64,000 bases of DNA from Lama guanicoe (Eukaryota). Position 1 is the first letter of the stretch; every line of letters begins with the position of its first letter. The translations under genes were made by a program, and so were the position numbers. The stretch spans positions 6,302,724 to 6,366,723 of the forward strand of contig MU054338.1 in the NCBI GenBank assembly GCA_013239625.1, read 5' to 3'. The notes beneath the pieces are model-generated. The model did not search any database, had not been told where the DNA came from, and saw only the letters and a program-made list of their open reading frames with translations. This document shows, in pieces, positions 52,061 through 64,000 of this stretch.

Positions 52061-55000
52061 CAGAGAAGATGACAGCCCCAGGCTGGCCCCCCGGCTGGCC
52101 CCCACCTGACCCTCACCAGCTCCCAGCTTGGTTTCCTCATGGAGACACAAGGCCGTGCCCCGCCTGCTGCAGGGTCTATAGGTTTTATAGAACGGGGGCC
52201 CTGCCAGGCCCAGGCTCCCGGGAAAGGTGCAGCATGCACAGTTGCAGATAATCCCACCTCAGGGGCACAGCAGCATCCCTTATGGCACGCAAGGCACCAG
52301 CCCTGAGCTGATGGGGCCTGTACGGCATGGGAGGCCCTGGGCCGGGCACGGGGGAGAGCAAAGGACAAAGCAATCGGCAGCCCTGCTCTGGGGGCACTGA
52401 TGTTGAAGCAGGGGGAGAGAGAGACCATCAGAAACACAAAAGAGCAGGACAGTGTCTCATAACACACGCTGCAGAGGAACTAAGGCAGCAGGGCTGGCGG
52501 TGGGGCTGACCCGAGGGGGAGGGGCCTGGTGTTCCAGGCAGGAAGCAGAGTGAGGGCGAAGGTCCGGAGGCGGGAACAACCCAGTTGGTCTGGAGGATGA
52601 GATCTGGGCACCAAGAGGAGGTGAGGTCCCAGAGGCCATGAAGCCTCAAGAAGAAGGCCGAGAGCCAAGTCCTGACACCTCCTCTCTGGCTCCTGTGAGC
52701 CCCAGCCAAAGACAAGGCTGGGAGGGGAGCCTTAGGAGGCCTGGTTGTCCACATTCCACACAAGAACAGTCTCCAGCACCCAGAGTTTACAAGGCCCAGG
52801 AGTGGCTCCCAAGGAGGAGCAGGTTCACCCATGAGCCACCAAACTTCCTGGTGGCTGTGGTCTGAGGTAATTTTTAAACCAAGCCGATTAGTAACAGCTC
52901 ACAGAGACCTGCCTGGATGGGGAGAAGCCGGGTGCCCCTAGGCAATGCAGGAGTCAGAGAGTTAGGGCCCCGTAGTACTAGGGACACCAGACCCCACAGG
53001 ATGTTACGGCCACACCACAGCCTCATGGGGTGCCACGGGGTGCCAGGGCCACAAGGGCATCACCACTCTCACCCCCATTTAACAGACGAGGGGGCCAAGG
53101 CACAGAGGGAAGCCACTTGCCTGAGGCCCCAAATAGGTAGGGGTGGCAGCCTGGCTCCGGAGTCCTGTCCCTGAGAGCCAGCTGAACAGTCCAGTCTCTA
53201 GCAGCAATGCAGCCCTGCGCAGCCCCAGCCCTCACTGCACCCTGTGCTGTGCTCAGCTTCCCCACTCTTACAAGCAGGGCGTCTTCCCCAGCCCAGGGGC
53301 CTCGGTCATCCATACCTGGGCTCCCCACCATGAGGTCACTCCAGACTGCGCTCACCCCCACCATGACACCGCCCTGGGCCAGGCCCCATCACCTCTCACC
53401 TGGTGCCAGGCTAACCTCTCCCTGGCCTCCCCACCCACACTCCTGTCCCTGCCTGTCCCTCCTCCACAAGGCAGCCAGTGGGCTAAGCCAGTCTCTCCAT
53501 ACCCTTAATGCCACTTAGGATCCTAATCCCTGAATTCCCTCACCACACCTGCCAGGATGTGCCACCTCGCACTTGACCGCTCCCCAGCCTCACCTCGCAG
53601 CTTCACAACACAGTTGTTGCCCTGCCTAGAACGTCCTCCCTGGGCCCCTGGCCCAAAGTAGACCCAATGCGCGATATACTATCCCACAATGGCCTGAGCT
53701 TCACCCTCCTAGCCCGACCATAGCAACCTCATGTCTGCCGCATCCAGTAGGCTGAGCTCAGGGAGGGCCAAGACCCTCAGCATGCTCACACTGCCTCCCT
53801 GGCTTTTGGTCAAGGCCCAGCAAAAATCTACTTGGGGCATTAAGACACTGGGAATGCCATGGCCAGGCCAGGGAGGGGGAGTATGCAAGCTGGGACACAG
53901 CAAGGAAAGCTTCCATGTAGGACACCCTGGACCCTGCTCCCCCATCGCTCCCCCCAGCCCCAGCCCAGCAGGATCCAACTACGTCTCCATCTCCACGGAT
54001 GCCACTCCATCCTCGCCTGCCTCAGGGTACCTGCTCCCACCTCCTCTTGGGTCCCTCTGCCCCAGCACAGCTCCCTGTGGTCTCTCCTCCACCAGTGGCC
54101 ACAGAATCTGGTCGAATCACACCTTGGCCTAAGGCCACACCCCTAAGAATGCATTTAAAACTAGGCTTTCAAGATGACCTCCTGTGTGCCCTCAGGCAAG
54201 TGGCTTGGAAGTCTGCTCCCTCCTCTGTAAAACAGGGTGGCAGGAATGGAGATTTCAACATCAATCCAGGTCAGGCACTGGGCAGATGTGCACCCACAGT
54301 TCCTGCCCTCAGAGTTCCCACTGGGCTGTCACTTGTCATGTGCTTCTCCTCCCTTCCCCCACACCCAAGGAATTTCAGTTCCTCCACGGTGGGCATCACA
54401 CTTCAGGGTCTTCACACATAGCACTCTCTGCTAGGAAAGAGAGCTCCCCCTGCCCAGACACACCCCGAAGCACCTGTCAGCGTCAGCTGTAACATCACCT
54501 CCTCAGACAAGCCCGGTGATACCCCCACCCCTCCAGGACGCAGTTAGTCACCCTCCCCCCACACCACACACACTCCCATGTGGTGAAGGTCATGCCTACG
54601 TGTCTCCCTTCTGGACTCACCCCAAGTCTCCCCCTGTATTGTCCCCCAGCACTGACAGGAGTGCCAAGAGAGAAGGTGACAGGTGGTGGCAGAGGCCCTG
54701 AACCGGCTTGCGGCATGCAGTAAGTGCTCACTGGACCACCGCTGGGTGACAGCCACTGTGGAGGTGATAGGGGAGCCCTCCCACTATGACAACACCAGAG
54801 ACCTTCTAGTGCTGGAAGCCAGCCAACCTGTTCTCCCAGCAAGCTGTCTCCAAACAGGCCAGCAGCAAGCACAGAACACTGGAATGGCACCACTCAGCAA
54901 GGGGCTGGAGTGTGCCAGGCACTGTTCTACAGTGAAGAACACGGTCTTCACGGCAACCCACAAAGGCGGTACTATTATTATCTTCACTGTCCAGACAGGA

Positions 55001-55104
55001 AACACGGCTGTGACCAACAGTCCTTCCCCAGGGACCAGACAGCCAGTAAGCCACAGAATCAGTATCTGAATCTGGGCAATATTAGCTCCCAGACCCCACC
55101 CACC

Positions 55105-55285
55105 AGGGCAGAGGTTTTCCCAGTGTGGCCAGGGCCCAAAAGCATCAGCATCACCTGGAAATTCATTAAAAATGCAGATTCTTACTCCCTACCTCCTACC
55201 AACAGACTGAATGGAAAACAAAAACCCAACGGGACAAGCCCTACATGACTGTGATCTCGCTGGCATCTGAAAACCACGGCTCTGT
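55105..55285. mobile_element. MER5A-like hAT MITE remnant
   Basis: agcatcagcatcacctggaaattcattaaaaatgcagattct. Confidence 0.65.
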
Positions 55286-56416
55286 CATTGCCCTTCCCGG
55301 CACAGCTGACTGGACACCGGAACTCAGAAACCCAGAGGAGGCAGCCCATCACCTTTCCCCTGGCCTACGATATGGCAGAGCTCACAAAGGGGACGTACTG
55401 GACCAATCAGCTGCTGTCTCTCACTAGTGCCACGCCCCCCCCGCAGGTGCGTTGGGCAAAGTCTGAAGATGAAGGCAAGAGGGTGCGGCTAGGGCCAGCT
55501 CAGAGTGTAGTCGGAGGCCTGATCCAGCCTGGGCGCCCACTAGAAAGGCAGGTAACCTGGCTAAGCCTCAGTTTCCCTGTCTGTGAAATGGGAGAGTATG
55601 TCAGTTGCCTTCCCAGCATGGGGGTGTTTAACATGACCCGTGGTGCTGCTGGCACACACCTAGCGCTGAACAGATCAGTGCTGATATTTCAGGTCAGTGG
55701 GGAAGCAGCATAGAGACCCCTGGGGGCCCTGGAGAAAAGAAAGGCCCCCTCCCCAACAGCTCCCCCCTCCCCTTCCAGCTTCTGACTTGAGATACTTTCC
55801 AAGGAGGCTTGACTGGGTTTCATGCTGGGAAACATCCCCATTATTTTTTCAGATTTGTGTGGGAAGAACAGAAATAAACCGAAAGGACAGGAAAAAAATC
55901 TGTATGTGGGTCATTCTATATTCAACAGGCCGAGTCTCTTCCAAAAGTCAATGTTGTAGTTAAAAAGGAAATGGTGGGAATGCTGCTCTGATGAAAAGAG
56001 GAGACTGGACAATGAAGGATAACATGGATTGATTGGAGCAGCTGCAGAACCAGCCAGGGAAGATATGCAGAGGACAATTGGCAACATGCTTATGGACTGG
56101 GCATTAGATAACATGCAGGAATGACTTTTCTTGGGTGTGGTCTGTGAGTGTAAGAGAGTGCTTTTACTGCAAGGGGAGGTGCACTGAAGCATTTCTGGCT
56201 GACATATCACAATGTCTGCTACTGATTTTGAAAGCGTTCAGCAGAAACATGTCATCTTCAATAGAGCAAGAAACATGGCACCTGGTGGCCTGGTCACAGC
56301 TGAGGACACTAGGGGTGGGTGGAGGTTGGAATCAATGAACTGTGCTTCAACTTCCCGGCACATGTGGGAAATGTGAACCCAAACCCAAATGGCAGCCCAA
56401 GACCCGAGGCTCATCA

Positions 56417-56593
<177 letters not shown>

Positions 56594-56959
56594 TCATGAG
56601 GCCGGCTTGTGGGGGCAGGAAGTGTGACCACATATGGTGGAGCAATCCCCTCTTGCAATCTGGGCGACCTCAGCAAAGACACCAACCCCAGCAGGGCACC
56701 AGGAAACACTCTGGCCTTGGAGGGTTCTGAGGCCAAGGAGGGGCAGTGGAGGGACTGGATTGAAGGTTGGTGACAAATGGAACCATTTCCCTTTGGCTGG
56801 GTATGCTCCAGTCCCAGCATGCCCAAGGGGCCCTTTCCTTGACAAATATTTGGAACATCTCCCCCAGGCCCAAAAGAGATCAGTACATTTTTTACATACA
56901 TTTTTAAGATTAATATAATGCCATATGTCTGATATAGAGACTCAAATAAAAGAAAAGTA

Positions 56960-57212
56960 CTTAATGACAAAATGTGATGTGTTTCATGTCCCAGAAAGAC
57001 AAATCGATAGAGGCAGGAAGTGGATCAGTGGTTGCCCCGGGGGGTGGGAAAGAAAGTGGGGGAGCTTTCTAGGGTGATGGAAATGTTCTAAAACTGCACT
57101 GCGGTAATGTTTACTAACACTTACTATAAATTTACTAAAAACCCACTGCATTTGAAATGAGTGCATTTCCTAGCATGTAAATGATCCCTCAATAAAACTG
57201 TTTTATTGTTTA
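56960..57212 (+). mobile_element. Old L1 (L1MB-type) 3' end
   Basis: cagtggttgcc...gggtgatggaaatgttctaaaactg...ctcaataaaactgtt. Confidence 0.7.
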
Positions 57213-59526
57213 AAAAATCCTATGTACTTCACTATGGAAATACTCAGGCACTGCCTGCACTGACCTACACTAACACGCCTACAGTCACGCAAAGTGGGAA
57301 GACCGGAAGCCACCCTGGACCACTAAGAAAGGAAAGCAAAAGAGCAGGGGTCCAGGTTGGCACAGAAGTAGAAGCGGCATTTTCAGAGATCACTAACGCC
57401 GTGCAAAGGATTCTTCATTCTTTTGTGTAAAATGGAGAAAGGTTCTAGACTCAGGGAATTTTAAACAAGGTTTGCATCCAGATAAATGTTTAGATTACAT
57501 GGTATTTGTGCAGAACTTGGGCAGGTGCGACTCGCAGAGGCAAGCATCCTTGGTGCTATCTTGCTCCCAGTACTGTGACAACCAGTGTTTCACGGGCCCC
57601 CCTGTGTCTGGAACCCCTCATGGGGACTCTGAGGAGCCCCAGAGGAGGTTGCTGGTCCTCAGTCTGGGCTGGGAGCCAGAACCCCCGAGAACCAGTTATC
57701 CCAATGGGCGGATAAGGGAGGAGGCGCACCCTCACCACACACCACATACTAGGGGGTGCAAGGCCCATTGGCCTGTGGGCGGTCCCACCACACTTATGCA
57801 GCACCTCCTCTGGCTGGGCACGAGGACGTAGTGGTGACCACACGCACAGCAGGCTGGCCTGCAAGATGAGGAGCCCTCCACAGGCTGCATGGCTCTGGAG
57901 GTCCCATGGGAGCACGGCTAGTAAACAGAGTAGACAGGCCCCAGGATGGGTGGCGGTGAGCAGAGAAGGCAGTCAGGAGGCAACCGTGCTGGTCAAGGCA
58001 AGTAACAACCAGGGCTGGACTGGGGGATGGCAAGGACAGAGGGCAGTCAACAGACATTGGACAGAGTCAAGAGGAGTTTCAGAGCCAGCCGGCCATGATG
58101 AGGGGACAGGTCGCATGGAGAACCTCAGAGGAAGGCAAGGGCCAAAACAGAGGGAAGAATGCCGCAAGGGCACACACACAAGCCCCCGTGGGGTGAAGCC
58201 CGCTGCCCCTGGCAGCAGTCAACCCTCCACACCTTGGGTGCTACCCACAGGGCCACGTTCCTGACGATGACAAACAACCCAGGGGCCACAATGGCCCTGC
58301 TCAGAGCACTTCCCGCCCACTTCACATAGCACAACATACCCTGATTGTGACTCCCATTCTCCCATTTGGCAGATAAGGAGATTGAGGAGCAGGGAGGATT
58401 CGTGACCTGGCCAAGGTCACGAGCTTGTCCCACTCAAGTACCACTCACATCTACTGAGCACATGGAAGGTGCTGGGGAGACAAGCACAGAAATCCTGACG
58501 AGGACCACATGAGATTGGGGGGGCCAAAGGAGACACACTCTGGGGGTAAGAGGGCTTGGGGGCCAGATGGTCAGGGAAGGTCTCTCTGAGAAGGGAAAAC
58601 AAAGGACCTTCATGTAATTGGGTGCGGAGTGGGCAGGGCTGGGAAACAGCAAGGGGCCACGTGCAGGTCACCAGACCCCGAAGTCAGCTTTTTACCACCG
58701 CCCCTTCACAGCGCAAGCAGCAGCCCTGCAGAGCACCTGGAGCACAGGTGGCCTTGGTCCTGGCTCCCTGGGGCCCTTGGCCACCTGGCTCACAGGCAGA
58801 GACCCAGGAGGCAGGGACAGGAGACACCTGTGCATCAGAGATGAGGCAGGTCAGAAACCATGGGCGCCGGTCTCCGGCACTGAATCACAACAGCAGCATT
58901 GACCGTGTGCAGGTCCTTCCCAAGAATCTCCCGCTCCACCTCTTCCACGTGAGTGGAACGTTTGTCAACGACCAAACAAGACAGGAGCAGTGTGGAAGTA
59001 GAATCCCCAGGGTCCCACCGACGTGGCTCCTCCTCGCTGCTGTGCGTCATCAGGGATTCCCTTTCCTTGCTGACCCACAGTCCACTGCAAGGACGGACCA
59101 CAGTTTGTCCATCTGCTTACTAACTGATGGGGTTTGGGAGTCTTCCCTGTTGGGGAACAAATAAAGCTGCTATGAACATTTGCATGCATGCCTTTGGTTG
59201 ACATACGCCCTCGTTTCTCTTGCTGAGTCATAAGGTAGACCTGACCTTGATCAGGCAAAACTCGTCTCTGTTGATAGGTATCAGAGCAGTTGGTTCCCTC
59301 TGGGGGAACAGAAGAATTTTCTGGCATAATGACAAGGTCCTCTATCTTGATCTGACCAGTGCACACATTTATTTCAAAAATGAAGGTATACACTTAAGAT
59401 TAGGACAATATACCATATCTAAATTAAATCTCAAGAAGGTCACAAGTACAAACAAGTCCAGGAAGAAATGTACATGAAGACTCAGATACACAAGCAGAGA
59501 GAGAAGACTCCATTAAAATTTTCCCA

Positions 59527-59688
59527 AGGAGGAAGGACATAGCTCAGTGGTAGAGTGTGTGCCTAGCATGCACAAGGTCCTAGGTTCAATCCCCAGTACC
59601 TCCATGAAAATAAATACATAAATAAAATAAAACCGTTACCTCCCTCTTCCCCTAGCCCCTCCCCCCAAAAAAAGAAAAGAAAAGAAAG
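59527..59688 (+). mobile_element. tRNA-Ala-derived SINE (Vic-1 type), sense orientation
   Basis: A box tagctcagtggtagag, B box ggttcaatcc, A-rich tail; TSD aaaatt(t)t(t/g)ccca at 59515-59526 and 59689-59700. Confidence 0.88.
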
Positions 59689-62600
59689 AAAATTTGCCCA
59701 TGGAAACAGCACAATCTTGCTAGTTTCCCAGTAAGAAGAAAAGTTCAGATCTAAAGAACTTTAAAGCCCCTGGGGGAGACTTAACTAAATAAATGATGGT
59801 CCATCTACGTCACTGTGCAGCCACACACACAAAAATGCTCTTTATCTCCTGACATAGAACGGAACTTCCTTCTGGGTGTACTTAGTGATGAAAACAAAAG
59901 GTGCAGAAGAGCGTATGTCTGTGTTTTGCAACTGAAGAAAATAAAAAGCCTCAAAACAGAGCCCAGGGAGGCTGGGGCCCGCTGGGAGGGAGAGTCATTG
60001 CATGTCCCGGAACATCTTTGAATTTTGCATCATCCACATGGATTACTGACTCCAAAAAAATCATTTGTTTTAGAGTAGCTAACAGTTGTTGAGAGTTCCC
60101 TGTATGCCAGGCAGAAAGCTGAGTTCTTTCTGTGGATTTAACCCATTTAATTATGACAAGATCCAAAGAGGTGGGTCTGTGAGCTCCATTTTATGGATGT
60201 AACCAGGCCCAGAGGTTGGGCACCTGCCCACAGTCACTCAAGTCCAGGAGTGGCAGGGGTGTGGACTGAAAACCAAGGGTCTGAACCTCTGACCACCAGG
60301 CCCACTGGCCTCTGGGCCTGTCTGTCCGCTGTGGAAGCCGCAGGCATCTCCCTGGCCAGGACCAGGCTTTCCGCCACTGGCGTTGGCACGTGCTGTCCTA
60401 TGACTGCTCTGGGTGTGTGTGGGGGCCCAGGCCCCATAAGCACATTGGTGACACCACAGACAACAGACAAGGAGAGCCTCAGAAGAACACGAGGGCCAGC
60501 GTGATGCCCAAGAGAATTCCAAAAGCTCTGGGCCCTCGCAGGGGAAAGTGGCTTTCTGGGACTGGGATGCGGTGGCAAGTGGGACCTTGCACACCAGGCC
60601 TGGGAGTGCCAGGAGCCCTGGGATTCGCTCAATTGTGTTTCCAGAAGCTCCCAGACTGTTGAGTAAAAAGAGTAGCACCACCTACTCTTGGTCTGGACAG
60701 CAGCCCCCCCAGAAATCCCTGAGGGGCTCAGTGAGGAGGGGCCTGTCCAGCTGTGCCACCCAAAGGGCTTCCTGGCATACGGCAGCAGAAATACTCTTGG
60801 GGCTTTCCTGGCCTGGATGTTGGAAAAAAACTGCCTCTCCCAGACAGCTCTGCCCAGACACGGAGTGTCTACTTATCTGGAGGCAACTTTCAAGCCTCAG
60901 TCATCTACTTCCTCCTCCTCCACCCCACCCACACTCCCCAAGTCACCAAGTCCCTCCCTCTGACTCAAGGTGCCCAACTCCTTCCTCTCTCTTCCCTGCT
61001 GCCACAAGGGCCACTGTGCACCCAGGCTGCCCTGAATACTGTGTGCCCTTGGGCCAACTTCCCTACCTCTCTGATCTGGGTTTCCCAGTCAGTAATGGGG
61101 AAACTCCTCCCACCTCAGAGCGCAGCTGGGTACCAGACAAACAGGAACCCTAGGACTCCCCGCTGCTCTGGCTTGAATGACACCTCTCTAGGGAGATTTC
61201 TTCCACTCTCATTCACATCTCCAACCCCTCATATCTCCCTCCTGCACCTCATTTTTCTCCAAAGCACTAACCCTCTATATGTTACCTACCTGCCCCTTTC
61301 TGCCCCTCCCCGTCATGTCAGCTCCCCAGAACAGGATCTGGGGTTTATTCTGCTCCTTGGCACACAGTAGGTGCTCAGTAAGTGTTAACTATGATAATCT
61401 CTGCTCAATTTCTGGTCTCTAATCCATTGGGCCCAGGCCTGGCCCCGGGCCTCTGACCCATCCACCTCCCAAGTTATATGTGTTTATCCTCCTAAAACAG
61501 AGACCAGGGCCTCCAAGCCTCCCTAATCCAGAGGCCACATGCCCAATTCCAGGACTGGCAGGGTCCCCCCAGCCCATACCACGAACCCCAGTGCTGTCCC
61601 ATCCCTAGCTGCCACCCCCAACCTCAGCCTCTGGATCTCCCTTGCACTTCTGGCCTACAAGCCTTTGCAAGGGCTGTTCCCTCTGCCAGTAAACCCTTCC
61701 CCTCAGGCTCTGCCCTCCTACCTGCGGGCAGATGTGGTGGACTGCACCCCGCCCTCCTAAATGCAAGCCCCTTCCCACTCCCACCAACGTGGCCTCCAGT
61801 GGGGGTCTAGTCCTGTGACAGGACTTTACCCGGACTGGTCACCCCTGGCTCCCCAGCACCTAGAACAGTGCCTGCCATACAGCAGGTGCTCATTAACTAT
61901 TTGTACGAGGGAAGGAGAAGGAATGTGGACTCTGGAGCCAGACAGCCTGGACTCAAAGCCCAGATCTGCTCCCACCCTGGGCAGGTCTCTGTCCTCTATG
62001 GGAACTAGATCAGCCATCTGTGGGACAGGATGCCACCCATCCACCAGGATGCGTGACCTGGCATGAGTCACTCCATACTCTTGGAGCCTCAGTCTCCAGG
62101 CTTAACATGGGCCACCTCCCCTTAGAAGGTGACGAGGGCTCTGGGAAAGGCAGCAGGGGCAGGGAGGGAAGGGACTGGCAGGAGGCAGCACCAGGGGCCA
62201 GTCAGAACTGCAGGCTGTTTGTTTACTGTCTTCTGAGCAGAGGACAAAGCCTCTCCAGGAACCCTTTGACTTCCAGCCCCCAGGAGGGTGGAGAACGCAG
62301 GAACAAAGGAGATCAAAACCCCAGGAGAGGGGAAACATACAGATAGGCCAGCAGAGGACAAGTCAGCCACCCTCACCGGAGCAACCTGAGGGCAGAAGGC
62401 AAGGCAAGCACCCTCGATTGGGATGCCTTCCTCATCATCACAGACTCGAAGGGTCACCTAAAGCCTTGGTGTGGCTGGAAGACCTCCAGCCACAGGAAGA
62501 GCCCCTGGGCCAGAGCTCCACGCCCAGCCTGCTCTCTCAGGCTCTGACAAGAACCCATAAAGGGAACAGTGGCCGCCTGCCCAGCCCAGCTCCAACCCCA

Positions 62601-64000
62601 TCTTGGGTAACGTCTCGGCAAACCCAGTAACCCCCAACCACCTGGGCGGCCTTTGTAGTTTTGCTAGAACAGAAATAGAGGTAGTCACTCAGTCTCCAAG
62701 GCCTCAACATTCAGCCTGTGCACACTGCATTGGTCCTAGCCCCAGTCCTGCTTCTTTATCCACTCCCCCTCTCAACACCATCCGACAGTAACCATTGGTA
62801 ACCCAGAGCCCAGCCTGCATTCAGTGTCCCTAGGCAGGTGCCACTGTGTCCTTATGGTCACCCCAAGGGCCAGGCAGGGTGGTTACACCCTGACTCAGAC
62901 CACAGACCAGGGGATCCTCCTGCCTCTCACCCCCAACCCTGCTCAGCAAGTCCTGCTGGGTCCACCTCCACGCAGCCTGAACGGGCCCATTTCTCTCCAC
63001 GTCCAAGGCCTTGGGCCTGGCCCACCAGCACTTGCCTGGACCAGCACAATGGCTGCCTATGGACACCAAGGCAGGGCATGGTCCCCTCTGTTCAGAGCCC
63101 TCCCAGGCTCCTATTTCACTCAGGTTAAAAGCTCAAGTCCTCCCTGCAGCCCACACGGCCCTCCCCACATGATCTTCCCAGTCACCTCTCTGCCCTCTCC
63201 TCCCCCTACTCTCCGCTCGCTCACTTAGTTCCTGCCACACTGGCCTTCTCCATGTTCCCCAAACACACCAGGCATGGTTCTGCCTCAGGGCCTTTGCACT
63301 GGCTGCTCCCTGGACCTGGAACCCTCTCCCTGCAGCATTCACAAGGCCAGCTGGCAACTCCTGGTCAAATGGTCTCCTCCCCATCCCCAACCCTGCTGTG
63401 GAGCCGCTCCCTCTCCATCATACACCATCCTGCTCAGCTCTCTACTCATCACTGCCATCTTCTAGTGGTCTGCCCCTTCCCACCCAGCTAGCCATTAGAG
63501 TGGCAGCCTCACTGGGACTGGCAGGTTCTCAGGTCTCTCCCCAGATCCCAACACAGAGCCAGTCATGAAGCAGGTGATCAATACTTGCGGGATGAAGGAC
63601 CGAAACTGCCATTGTACAGATGAGGCAACTGAGGACAATGGGACAGGTCATGGGCGCCTCACTGCCTTTCACAATCCCACACCGGGGTGACACCCTTCAC
63701 AAAATCCCCAGCAGGCGCTTCCCTGCTCAGGAATCCTGCAGGTTACAGAGCCAGCCCCGCCCTGGGCACTCAGCCAGAGTGTCACCTGCTCCACGGTCTC
63801 ATATGGCAACCAGGCCAGGAGCAAAAGCAGGAAGTGGCCCTGGGGACCTGGCAGCCCTGACTCTGGGCCTCTCAGACCCAGGCTGGAATCCAGGGGCTGC
63901 CATTTCCTTTCTGGACACTCTGTGCAGGTCAGGTCACATCTTTTTGTCTCAGTTTCCTCATCTGTTAAATGAGGACAATGTCACCTGCCTTATAAGGTAG

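Noticed and set aside
59535..59605. Apparent tRNA-Ala gene (A and B boxes)
   Set aside because: Followed by an A-rich tail, flanked by TSDs and present in multiple diverged copies: a SINE head, not a tRNA

Overview
Mammalian genomic DNA, probably from a camelid, judging by four tRNA-Ala-derived Vic-1-type SINEs. The window holds the complete 4-exon TMED1 gene (+ strand, 227 aa) and, converging on it, exons 2-21 of dynamin 2 (DNM2, - strand; exon 1 lies beyond the right edge). Every DNM2 exon was mapped to its splice dinucleotides. These include the mutually exclusive exons 10a/10b, the 30-nt muscle-type exon 12b, the 12-nt GEIL microexon, a GC-AG intron 9 and a NAGNAG acceptor on the last exon. 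The miR-199a-1 hairpin lies antisense in a DNM2 intron, next to a 184-N assembly gap. Introns carry ordinary mammalian repeats (MIR, L2, L1, MaLR/MER21 LTRs, hAT MITEs). The most interesting unexplained signals are: a candidate 55-nt stop-containing (poison) exon just upstream of the microexon; a candidate 28-nt frameshifting exon in the last intron; a distant branch point flanked by RBFOX motifs at exon 10b; opposing poly(A) signals that would make the TMED1 and DNM2 3' ends overlap; a hAT element with perfect 16-bp TIRs; and a twin-primed inverted L1. No database searches were run. Gene, protein and repeat-family identities come from recalled knowledge. Almost all ORFs in the supplied track are spurious.
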